Source: Polyangia bacterium (lineage in GTDB: Bacteria; Myxococcota_A; Polyangia; Fen-1088). From it: a DNA stretch of 64,000 nucleotides. A program made the position numbers and the translations under genes. The DNA lies in contig DATNDC010000191.1 of NCBI GenBank assembly GCA_035607055.1, forward strand, positions 15,946-79,945. The letters run 5' to 3'. This document shows positions 47,280-55,737 of the stretch, piece after piece. The notes below the pieces were generated by a model. The model saw only the letters and a program-made list of their open reading frames with translations. It did not search any database and was not told where the DNA came from. The stretch's first letter is position 1; the number at the start of each line of letters is the position of its first letter.

Positions 47280-48281
47280 GTGAAGACGCGCCGCGCAACC
47301 GCGTCCCGTCCGAACGGCACCCTCTGGCGCCGTCGCTCGTTCGAGGTCCTCACCTCCGAGGTGGTGGCGGGACAGCGGCCGGGGCCGGAGCCGCCCGCCG
47401 ACTGGGCGACGCACCTGCGGCGTCTGGTCGGCGCCGCGCGCGCGCCCGTCGAGGGACCGCCCTGGTGGACGCCGAGCAACGCCTACTTCGGCAACGTGGA
47501 GACGCGCACCGACCCGCGCGGCTACCGCTGGGACGGGATGCGGCGCCTGGGGCCGCGCGACCGGCCGCTGGTGTTCTTCCAGCTGACGCTCGCGGGATGG
47601 GGAGCGTTCGAGCTCTACGGGCGGCCGCCCCGGCGCCTCTCCCCGGGTACGGCGTTCTTCGCCGTCGTCCCCTCACGCCATCGCTATTACCTGCCGGAGG
47701 GGTCTCCCGGCTGGACGTTCGCCTGGATCGGCATCTATCACCCCTACATCATGCGCCGCATCGCCAAGCAGGTCGCGACCACCGGTCCCCTGATCGTGAC
47801 GCCGCCGGCGAGCCCGCTGGTCGCCAGCGCGATGCGCCTCGTGCGGGGCGCCTTCGAGAAGGACTTCCGCGATCGCCACGAGGTGGAGCTGGCCCTGTTC
47901 GAGTTCCTCCTCGCCTACGAGCGGCGGGTCGACGAGGCGCGAGATCCCAAGGGCGACCGGGAGCGCCTGCTCGAATGGCTGCGCGCGCGCGTCCTCGGCG
48001 ACCCCCGCGAGCCGCCCGACGTCGACCGCGTCGCGGGCGAGCGGGGGATGAGCCGCAGCCACTTCAGCCACCACTTTCGGGCGCGCACCGGCCTCTCCCC
48101 CGCGCGCTACATGATCGAGGTGCGGGTGCGAGAGGCCGCGCGCGCCCTCCTCGCCACCCGCGCCCCCCTCAAGCAGATCGCCACCGAATGGGGCTTCGCC
48201 AACCCCACCCACTTCGGCAGGGTCTTCCGCCGCTTCCAGCACGTCAGCCCGGCGGCGTACCGGCGCTCGTTCGGCGCCTGA
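47280..48281 (+). CDS. AraC/XylS family transcriptional regulator
   Basis: C-terminal double HTH HFSHHFRARTGLSPARYMIEVRVREAARAL...IATEWGFANPTHFGRVFRRF. It is divergent from the GH27 gene. Confidence 0.85.
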   Translation: MKTRRATASRPNGTLWRRRSFEVLTSEVVAGQRPGPEPPADWATHLRRLVGAARAPVEGPPWWTPSNAYFGNVETRTDPRGYRWDGMRRLGPRDRPLVFFQLTLAGWGAFELYGRPPRRLSPGTAFFAVVPSRHRYYLPEGSPGWTFAWIGIYHPYIMRRIAKQVATTGPLIVTPPASPLVASAMRLVRGAFEKDFRDRHEVELALFEFLLAYERRVDEARDPKGDRERLLEWLRARVLGDPREPPDVDRVAGERGMSRSHFSHHFRARTGLSPARYMIEVRVREAARALLATRAPLKQIATEWGFANPTHFGRVFRRFQHVSPAAYRRSFGA

Positions 48282-48287
48282 GGGGGG

Positions 48288-49382
48288 CTACCTTTGCGCG
48301 TTCGCGCGCCGGTAGGTCTCCGGATCGTCGGGCCAGGCGGCGGGGACGTCGGGGTAAGGGAGGCAATCGGCCTGGCAAGTCGCCCACTCGGCGGCCTCGC
48401 AGAGCCCGTCCCCACAGCGCGGCGATCGGCAGTCGCCGGCGCAGCCGTGCCTCTCGGCGGTGCCACACAGCGCCGGGCTCGGCCAGCCGGCCTCGCAGAG
48501 CGCGTCGACGGCGGGCGCGGCCAGCTGGGCGCGGTCGTCGCCGCCCGGGGTCGTCTCGGCGCGCGTGCAGCGCCGGTCGAAGCGCCAGTCGACCGCGCCG
48601 CGCAGGTGAAAGGCCACCAGCTCGCCGGCCGAATCGTAGAGGCCGCCGCCCGACGCGCCCGCAAAGGCGTTGCTGTCGGTGGAGAGGTCGCTCGCAGGCG
48701 CGGCCAGCACCGTGGCCGCCTCGATCTTGAGGGGCAGCCCCGCCCCGTAACCGGCGGCCTCGAGTCGCTCGCCGATTTCGACCGGGCCGCGAGCGACGTG
48801 CGCGGGGTGGCGGCGTTCGACGGGTCGGTCGAGCTGCAGGATCGCGTAGTCGGCGCCGGCGCCACCGGGATCCTGGCGGAGGATCGTCACCCGGCGGCAG
48901 GCGTAGACCTCTTCAGCGCGCGGATCGGCGAGCCCACCGCCCTCGGTCAGGTGGTAACCGAAGACGAGCCGCGTCCGGCGGCATCGTTCGGCGGCGCGCG
49001 CGGGGTCCGGGCCCAGGCAATGTCCGGCGGTGAGCACGAGATCGCGGTCGACCAGCGTGCCCGAGCAGAACGCCCAGCTCGGTTGGTCGGCGAAGCGCTC
49101 GCCCGGGCAGAGCTGCTTGGCCTGGCCCAGCGTCGGGGCGCCGCGCACGGGCCGGCCGCGCTCGAAGCGCAGGCGGTGGGCGTACACCAATGCCGCGCTC
49201 GTGTCCGCGAGACGCGCGCGTTGCGCGGCATCGGCAACGTCGGGCAGCTCCACCCGCCGATCCAGCCGCGCGGCCGGCGCGTGCCGCCCCGGGGGCGGCC
49301 GCGCCGGTTCGCGCCGGCAAGCGGACCAGAGCATGGTCCCGAGCAGGGCCGCGCCGAGGCGCGCGCGAACGGAGCCCGACAC
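48288..49382 (-). CDS. Trypsin-like (S1 family) serine peptidase with a C-terminal Cys-rich extension
   Basis: His box LTAGHC and Ser box GASGGGLY, plus a signal peptide. The C-terminal region has about 12 Cys. Confidence 0.7.
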   Translation of the reverse strand: MSGSVRARLGAALLGTMLWSACRREPARPPPGRHAPAARLDRRVELPDVADAAQRARLADTSAALVYAHRLRFERGRPVRGAPTLGQAKQLCPGERFADQPSWAFCSGTLVDRDLVLTAGHCLGPDPARAAERCRRTRLVFGYHLTEGGGLADPRAEEVYACRRVTILRQDPGGAGADYAILQLDRPVERRHPAHVARGPVEIGERLEAAGYGAGLPLKIEAATVLAAPASDLSTDSNAFAGASGGGLYDSAGELVAFHLRGAVDWRFDRRCTRAETTPGGDDRAQLAAPAVDALCEAGWPSPALCGTAERHGCAGDCRSPRCGDGLCEAAEWATCQADCLPYPDVPAAWPDDPETYRRANAQR

Positions 49383-50144
49383 TTAGTCGCCGGAGACCGG
49401 GTGCAGGCTCTCGTCGGTCCAAAAGCCGTGATCGGTGATGCCGACGTTGCCGAAGGTGTTGCTGCCGTCGAGGTACAGGCAGGCGTACCGATTGGTGTAG
49501 CTCCCGCCCCAGGTCGCCCACTGCCAGGTCCAGGCCGGGATCGCCGGCATCCAGGTCATCCCCGACAAGGTTTGGTAGCCGGCGTAGGGTGATTCGTTCC
49601 AGGCATACGACCGATCGTTGGTGGCGACCGTGCTGTAGGTACAGATCGCATGCCAGTTGTATTGATACGAGCAGTACTTCGGGGTGTAGCCGCTGAACCC
49701 GCCGCTGAATGACTGGCAGGCCTCCGCGTCGAAGGCCGCTTCGTCCTCGGGCTGTTGCGCTGGCGCGGGGCGGGCCGCCTGCTCGACGGGGGTCAGCCCC
49801 GCGAGCTCGGCTTTGCGCTGGGCCACCAGCCGGTCGGAGAGCGCGCGGACGTCGGCCGGAACGGCCGGCACGCCCGGGTGAAGCGCCAGATAGGTATCGG
49901 CCAGCGTGGTCGCCGCGGAGGCGACCCGCGCCACCTCGGGTGAGTCGACCCCGATCTTTCCGCGCAGCAGGACGTCGAGGCGGCCGTCGCCGTCCTGGGC
50001 GACGACCAGCGACCCGGTCGGCGAGTAAGCATCCTCCCACAGCACCTCGGCGCCGGACGGACCGGCAGCCTCTTGGCCGCAGCCCAAGGCCAGCGCGCCC
50101 GCCAGCGTGACGAGCAATCCCCTCGTGATGAATCTCGCGGTCAT
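49383..50144 (-). CDS. Lipoprotein with a Trp/Tyr-rich C-terminal domain of unknown function
   Basis: ATG at 50144 is preceded by TAAGGAGGAA. Lipobox ALALGC. Its stop codon abuts the protease start codon (49382/49383). Confidence 0.65.
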   Translation of the reverse strand: MTARFITRGLLVTLAGALALGCGQEAAGPSGAEVLWEDAYSPTGSLVVAQDGDGRLDVLLRGKIGVDSPEVARVASAATTLADTYLALHPGVPAVPADVRALSDRLVAQRKAELAGLTPVEQAARPAPAQQPEDEAAFDAEACQSFSGGFSGYTPKYCSYQYNWHAICTYSTVATNDRSYAWNESPYAGYQTLSGMTWMPAIPAWTWQWATWGGSYTNRYACLYLDGSNTFGNVGITDHGFWTDESLHPVSGD

Positions 50145-50373
50145 GATCGCTTCCTCCTTATTGATGTGATCGCGACCCGCTCGCGCGGGCCCACCAGTTA
50201 GAACCCGCCGGTTGCCGCAGCAGGGCAACGGCGTCGGTGCGAAACAAAATCGACGCGGGGGTTGCCCTGGATCGCGGAGCGGCGGGTTCTCTCTCGCGTG
50301 GAGACAGAGCGCCATGACCGAGCGGTTCGCGAGGACCGCGGGCATGGTCCAACGAACGCGAAGGAGACGTAGC

Positions 50374-53076
50374 ATGCACAAGTTCAACGGTCGGGGAGTG
50401 GCGAGTCGGAATTCGATGGGCAGAGTCGCGATGTGCGCGGCCCTGGCCGCGGCGATGGCCGGATGCGGTCAGAGGTCCGATGCGGGCGGCGCGGTAACCG
50501 TGGCGGCCGCCTCACTCACCGCGCCGCCGGCGGGGGCCAGCGTCCTCGGCTTCGAGTCCACCGCCGGCTGGACGGTCAGCTCCGGGACCGCGTCGCTCTC
50601 GAAGACGACGCTCACCCAGGGAACGGCCGCGCTGGCTGTCGCGGCGCCGGTCAACTACACGACTCTGGTCAGCGCGCCGCTGGCCTCGGGTCTGACGGCG
50701 CTGGCGGGGCTGACCAGCCCGGGCGCCACCGTCGAGGTCGACATGCTGCTGCCGACGTCGCAGCCGAACCCCTTCTACCTGGGCGCGCTGCAGCTCTACG
50801 TCAGCGCGCCGTCCCACGGCGTCTACAGTCAGTACCTCGGCCAGTCGGAGCTGACCGGCCAGGAGCTGGGGACGTTTCAGACCTACCAGTTCGCGGTGAC
50901 CGACTTCGTGCGCCAGCAGCTGGCGGGCGCGACCGTCTCGGACCTCACCTTCACGCTGGCGCTCAATGCGCCGGCCGGGGCCCAGGGGACGTACGTCTTC
51001 GACAACCTGCGGACCACCTCGCCGGCCACGGCGCAGGTGGGCTCGGGGCCCTCGGTCGACCTGCTGGCCTCGCTGGCGACCTCGCCGCCCGCCAACACGC
51101 CGGGCCTGGCCACCTTCACCGCGGGGACGATCCAGATCCCGGCCTCCTTCCACGTCAAGCTCGGCGACGCCGGCAAGGGGAGCGCGCTGTTCGAGCTCGG
51201 CTTCGGCGCGACGACCAGCGTGTCGTGCACCTATGCGGCGTCCCCGGACACCACCGCCTACCTCTTCTCCAGCTGCTCGAAGGGGAACGTGGCGGGCGAC
51301 ATCGTGGCGGCCAACTTCGCGCGGCTCACGATCAAGGCGGCCGATCCGGCGCAGCCGCTCACCAAGGTCAAGGCGCAGCTCGCCTACGACGTGCTGGGCG
51401 ACCAGGTGGGGACCAAGCTGGTCCCGCCGATCCCGACCTTCTGGGGCGGCACGCTGGCCGAGATCAACGCGATCTCGCAGGCCTTCACCCAGCTGCAGAT
51501 CGACAACCCGCCGCCCGTCCAGCGCTTCGTGGCGCTGCCGATCCCCGACTTCGCCAAGCGGCAGGGCGACGGCTCGCCCGTCAACGCGCTCAACGGCTCC
51601 ACGCCGCGGCCGCCGAACGACCCGCCCTTCGACTTCAAGGGCGACCTCAACAACAGCCCCGACGGCAGCCCGACCGGCCAGTTCGACGCCTTCTACGAGC
51701 TCGCGGGGAGCGTGAGTGGCAATGAGACCAACCAGCACTTCACCTCGCACTTCGACGCCAGCGGCACCGTCGGCGTCGTGGTGCTGGGGACCCCCGTGAA
51801 GGTCCTGCAGGTGACGACCACCGTCGACTCGGACAACGGGGGGACGAACGCCTTGGGGTCGGTCGATCCGACCACCACGGCGACCTTCGACGCCTTCGTG
51901 TTCGGCAACCAGATCGAGAGCGACACCTCGACGCAGCAGACCGGCTTCACCTTCGGCAAGTCGATCTCCCAGTCGTTCGAGACGCCGCCGATTCCGATCT
52001 GGATCTTCTCGATCCAGGGGGGCGTCACCGCGACGGCGGGCGTGCAGTTCACGGGCGCGCTGGCGGCCAACGGGTTCCAGATGACCCTCACGCCGCAGGC
52101 CTCGGTCAGCGCCAACATCGAGGGGGGCGTCAACATCGGCGTCGCCTCGGGCGGGGTGAACGTCACCGTCCAGCTGATCGACGTCACGATCCCGACCGTC
52201 GCCCAGACGACGTTCAACGTCTCCTCCGACCCCAACGTCTGCGCGGCGACCCTCAACGCCAGCGTCAACGGCTCCGTTCAGCTCTCGTCCGGCGGCGGCT
52301 CGGTCTCGCTGGTGGCCAACATCGGCCCCTGCCCGTTCTGCTACAGCGACTCCTGGAACATCTTCAGCTGGAGCGGGCTCAACCTGGGAAGCGTCCCCTT
52401 TCCGTCGCCCTTCCCGGTCCAGGTCACCTCGCAGGTCTTCAAGCTGCCGGCCAGCACCTGCAACCTCCCGCTGACGGTCGCCATCGCGCAGCCGGCCGCG
52501 GGCGCCAGCCTGTTCGCGGGGATCGGGGTGCCGACCCTGGCCAGCGCCAATCGCCCGTCGACGAGCGGTCAGCTGGTGGGCGACCAGATCGATTGCCAAT
52601 TCATCACCTGGAAATCCAGCGATCCCCAGGCGACGTTCTCGCCCTCGGCCACCGGCTGCTCGCCCCTGGTGACGTTCAGCCCGGGCGCCGCCGGAACGAC
52701 GCAGACGCTGACGGCGAGCGCGACCGATCAGTTCGGGGAGACGGGGACGGCGTCGGTCACCGTCTCGGTGGTTCCACCGCCGGCCGGTCCGGTCCCGACG
52801 ATCATCGCCCCGCTCGACGGCAGTCTGAACACAGGCGGGGTCTCCCTGCAAGGGACCGTCAGCGGCGGGACGGGGACGGTGACCGCGGTCTGGACGCTCG
52901 ACGCCGGGGCCATCCTCGACACGCAGACGGTGGCGGCGGGCAGCAGTGTCGCGCTGACCCCGGTGGCGGAATCGCTGGGCCTCACCGGAGACCACACCAT
53001 CACCTTGACGGTGACCGACTCGACGGACGCCAGCAACAGCACCTCGGTGTCGGTCCACACCGACATCGTCAAGTAA
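50374..53076 (+). CDS. Large (900 aa) secreted lipoprotein: N-terminal CBM-like jelly-roll, an unknown beta-rich core and two C-terminal Ig/PKD-like domains
   Basis: AAGGAGA SD precedes the ATG at 50374. Lipobox AMAGC. The opposite-strand 848-aa ORF is Arg/Gly-rich low complexity and was rejected. Confidence 0.8.
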   Translation: MHKFNGRGVASRNSMGRVAMCAALAAAMAGCGQRSDAGGAVTVAAASLTAPPAGASVLGFESTAGWTVSSGTASLSKTTLTQGTAALAVAAPVNYTTLVSAPLASGLTALAGLTSPGATVEVDMLLPTSQPNPFYLGALQLYVSAPSHGVYSQYLGQSELTGQELGTFQTYQFAVTDFVRQQLAGATVSDLTFTLALNAPAGAQGTYVFDNLRTTSPATAQVGSGPSVDLLASLATSPPANTPGLATFTAGTIQIPASFHVKLGDAGKGSALFELGFGATTSVSCTYAASPDTTAYLFSSCSKGNVAGDIVAANFARLTIKAADPAQPLTKVKAQLAYDVLGDQVGTKLVPPIPTFWGGTLAEINAISQAFTQLQIDNPPPVQRFVALPIPDFAKRQGDGSPVNALNGSTPRPPNDPPFDFKGDLNNSPDGSPTGQFDAFYELAGSVSGNETNQHFTSHFDASGTVGVVVLGTPVKVLQVTTTVDSDNGGTNALGSVDPTTTATFDAFVFGNQIESDTSTQQTGFTFGKSISQSFETPPIPIWIFSIQGGVTATAGVQFTGALAANGFQMTLTPQASVSANIEGGVNIGVASGGVNVTVQLIDVTIPTVAQTTFNVSSDPNVCAATLNASVNGSVQLSSGGGSVSLVANIGPCPFCYSDSWNIFSWSGLNLGSVPFPSPFPVQVTSQVFKLPASTCNLPLTVAIAQPAAGASLFAGIGVPTLASANRPSTSGQLVGDQIDCQFITWKSSDPQATFSPSATGCSPLVTFSPGAAGTTQTLTASATDQFGETGTASVTVSVVPPPAGPVPTIIAPLDGSLNTGGVSLQGTVSGGTGTVTAVWTLDAGAILDTQTVAAGSSVALTPVAESLGLTGDHTITLTVTDSTDASNSTSVSVHTDIVK

Positions 53077-53094
53077 GTGGAGGCGCGGCGCCCG

Positions 53095-54984
53095 ATGAAC
53101 GCGAAGTCACGTCCCTCGAAGTCCCTCGGTAGGGCCGCTCTCATCGGGAGCGCGCTTCTGGTCGTGGCGGGCGCGGTGGCGTTGGTCCACCACCGCGCCG
53201 CCGCGACCGTCGACGCGGCCGCCGGCCCCGGAGCTGGCGGCGCGGCCCTGGTCGGCCGCCAGCTCCGCTGGGACGTCACCCTCGAAACGACCTTGCACCC
53301 GCAGGGCAAGGTCGGCGCTGGCCGGGGCGGCGCCACCACGCTGACCGGCGAGTGGGTGGTGACGGTCAGCGGCGCCTCCGCGGGCGGGACCGACGTCGCC
53401 TGCGAGCTCCGCCACCCGCACGTCGCCGGAACGGGCTTCGGCGACGTCGACCCGGCCGACGTCGCCCGCCTCGAGCAGAACCTGGCGGCGCGTTTCTGGG
53501 TCTCGTACCAGGTGGACGGCGCGGCGACGGCCCTGCACTTCCCGCGCGCTCTGGGGGACGACGTCCGGAACTTCCTCGAGCTCCTGGTGACGGAGTCCCA
53601 GCTGGTGCGACCGGCGCGGCCGGACGCCCAGTGGACGGCCACCGAGCGCGACGGCGCGGGCGGGTACCTCGCCGCCTACCGGCAGCCCGGGCCGACGGAG
53701 ATCGTGAAGCGCAAGATCCGCTATCTCGCGCTGGACGGCGCGGGCGCGCCGCGCGCCTCGGCAGTCAACGTGCGCATCGACGGCGCCGAGACCCACTACG
53801 CGCTGGACGCGCAGGGGGTGGTGCGCGACCTCGCGGGCCGGGAGGCGTTGCGCATCGACGCCCAGATGGGCGCGCCGGGGCTGGACGTCGCCATCAAGCT
53901 GCACCTCGCCAACGGCCGGGTCGGCGAGGCGCGCGACCTGGTCGGCAGCCTCGAGCGCGCGGCGTCCGGGCTGGAGACGGGACCGATCGTCACCCAGCGC
54001 GCCTCGGCCGACGAGCTCCTGGCGCGGCGAGACGCACGCCTCATGCGGGACGCGGACTTCGCGCGGCTGCTCGAGGCCGTCGAGCGGAAGCAGGCCGACG
54101 CGACGACGCCGCTGGCGCTGCAGGCCTTCCTGCGCCGGCGCCCGGGCGACGTCGGGCGCGCCGTCGCTTTCGTTCGCCGGGCCGACGCCGACGCGGCCGA
54201 GGTCGTCCTGCGGGCGCTGGGCGCCGCGGGGACCGCCGCCACGCAGGACGCCCTGGGCGGCCTGGCCGCGGACGGCGGCGCCCCGTTTCGATTGCGGCTC
54301 GACGCGCTGGGGGCGTTCATCGAGACCAAGCAGCCGACCGCGGCGACGGTGAGCCTGCTGATCCAGATGATGGACAGCCCGGAGCTCGAGCTGCGACGCC
54401 AGGCACTCTACGTGGCGGGGGCGGTCGGGGGCGACGGCCACGACGCCTCGCCCGGACCGAGCGCAGAGCTCCAGGCCGCGCTGCTCGATCGCTGGGGCAA
54501 GACCAGCGGCGACGCCCGGCTCGATCTGCTCGTCGCGCTGGGGAACCTCGGGACCTCGGCCGTCGTCCCGGCGCTCGAGAAGGCCCTCACCGACCCGAGC
54601 GCCGCCGTGCGCGCCGGAGCGGCGCGGGCGCTGCGCAAGGTGAAGGACCCCTCGGCGGACCGGCTGATCGCCGCGGCCATGACCGGCGATCGCGACCCCG
54701 GCGTGCGCGCCGCGGCGGTGCTGGCGGCCAGCTTTCGACCGTTCGGACCGCTCGCCGAACCGCTGGCGCACGCGGTCCGCGCCGATCCGGTCGAGTACGT
54801 GCGCTCGGACGCCATCGAGGCGGTGGCCAGCCACGTCGACGACTCTCCGCTGATCGGCCAGGCGCTCCTGGGCGCGGCGACCAGCGATCCGAGCCCCGGC
54901 ATCCGGCGGCTGGCGCGCAAGACGCTGGGCCGGCGGCTGGCCAGCGCCGAGCCGACCAAAGCCGACCAGGCACACCGGAAATGA
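53095..54984 (+). CDS. Signal-anchored protein: beta-rich N-domain (vitellogenin-N/LLTP-like?) plus C-terminal HEAT/PBS-lyase-type repeats
   Basis: GGAGG lies 11 nt upstream of the ATG at 53095, with an alternative GTG at 53077 directly after the upstream TAA. TM segment ALIGSALLVVAGAVALV. HEAT units include AVVPALEKALTDPSAAVRAGAARALRKV and DRDPGVRAAAVLAA. Confidence 0.75.
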   Translation: MNAKSRPSKSLGRAALIGSALLVVAGAVALVHHRAAATVDAAAGPGAGGAALVGRQLRWDVTLETTLHPQGKVGAGRGGATTLTGEWVVTVSGASAGGTDVACELRHPHVAGTGFGDVDPADVARLEQNLAARFWVSYQVDGAATALHFPRALGDDVRNFLELLVTESQLVRPARPDAQWTATERDGAGGYLAAYRQPGPTEIVKRKIRYLALDGAGAPRASAVNVRIDGAETHYALDAQGVVRDLAGREALRIDAQMGAPGLDVAIKLHLANGRVGEARDLVGSLERAASGLETGPIVTQRASADELLARRDARLMRDADFARLLEAVERKQADATTPLALQAFLRRRPGDVGRAVAFVRRADADAAEVVLRALGAAGTAATQDALGGLAADGGAPFRLRLDALGAFIETKQPTAATVSLLIQMMDSPELELRRQALYVAGAVGGDGHDASPGPSAELQAALLDRWGKTSGDARLDLLVALGNLGTSAVVPALEKALTDPSAAVRAGAARALRKVKDPSADRLIAAAMTGDRDPGVRAAAVLAASFRPFGPLAEPLAHAVRADPVEYVRSDAIEAVASHVDDSPLIGQALLGAATSDPSPGIRRLARKTLGRRLASAEPTKADQAHRK

Positions 54985-55039
54985 CGCTCAGGTCGGGCTC
55001 AGGGCGGTAGCGGGGCTCTCCGCGAATCGTGACGCGGAT

Positions 55040-55720
55040 GTGGTAGTCAGACCGTCCGTGCCGATCACCACCATCCTCTTCGACGCCGGCGGAACGCTGG
55101 TCTTTCCGAGCTTCGGCCGCATCGCCCGCGAGCTCGCCGAGCACGGCGTGGCCGCCGATCCGGCGGCGCTGGCCCGGGCCGACGCCCGGGTCCGGTTCGA
55201 GATCGATCGCCCCGACGTCATCGCCGCCACCACCGACGGCAGCCGCTTCCGCCGCTACCTCGACGCCCTGGCGGGCGCGGCCGGCCTCGAGCGCCTGCCC
55301 GACCCGGTGTTCGAGCGCCTCGACGCCTATCACCGGATCCACAACCTGTGGGAGGACGTGCCGCCCGAAGTGCCGGCCGCGCTCGACCGGCTGCGGGGAC
55401 GGTTCCGGATGGGCGTGGTCTCCAACGCCAACGGCACCGTGCGCGCCAAGCTCGCGCGCGTCGGCCTGGCCGGCTACTTCGAGCTCGTCGTCGACTCACA
55501 CGAAGAGGGGATCGAGAAGCCCGACCCGCGCATCTTCGGCCTGGCCCTCGGGCGCCTGGGCGTCGGAGCGGCCGAAGCCGCGTACGTCGGCGACCTCTAC
55601 CACGTCGACGTGGTGGGCGCGGTGGCGGCCGGCCTCAGCGCCTTCCTGCTCGACCCGCTCGACCTCTACCGCAGCGCGCCGGTGAGTCGCATCCGCTCGC
55701 TGGCCGAGCTTCTGCGATAA
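55040..55720 (+). CDS. HAD-superfamily hydrolase (subfamily IA-like)
   Basis: Motif I LFDAGGTLV, motif II VVSNANG, and motif III/IV EKPDPRIF...YVGDLYHVDVVGA. Confidence 0.8.
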   Translation: MVVRPSVPITTILFDAGGTLVFPSFGRIARELAEHGVAADPAALARADARVRFEIDRPDVIAATTDGSRFRRYLDALAGAAGLERLPDPVFERLDAYHRIHNLWEDVPPEVPAALDRLRGRFRMGVVSNANGTVRAKLARVGLAGYFELVVDSHEEGIEKPDPRIFGLALGRLGVGAAEAAYVGDLYHVDVVGAVAAGLSAFLLDPLDLYRSAPVSRIRSLAELLR

Positions 55721-55737
55721 AATCGCGCTGCAGGAAG

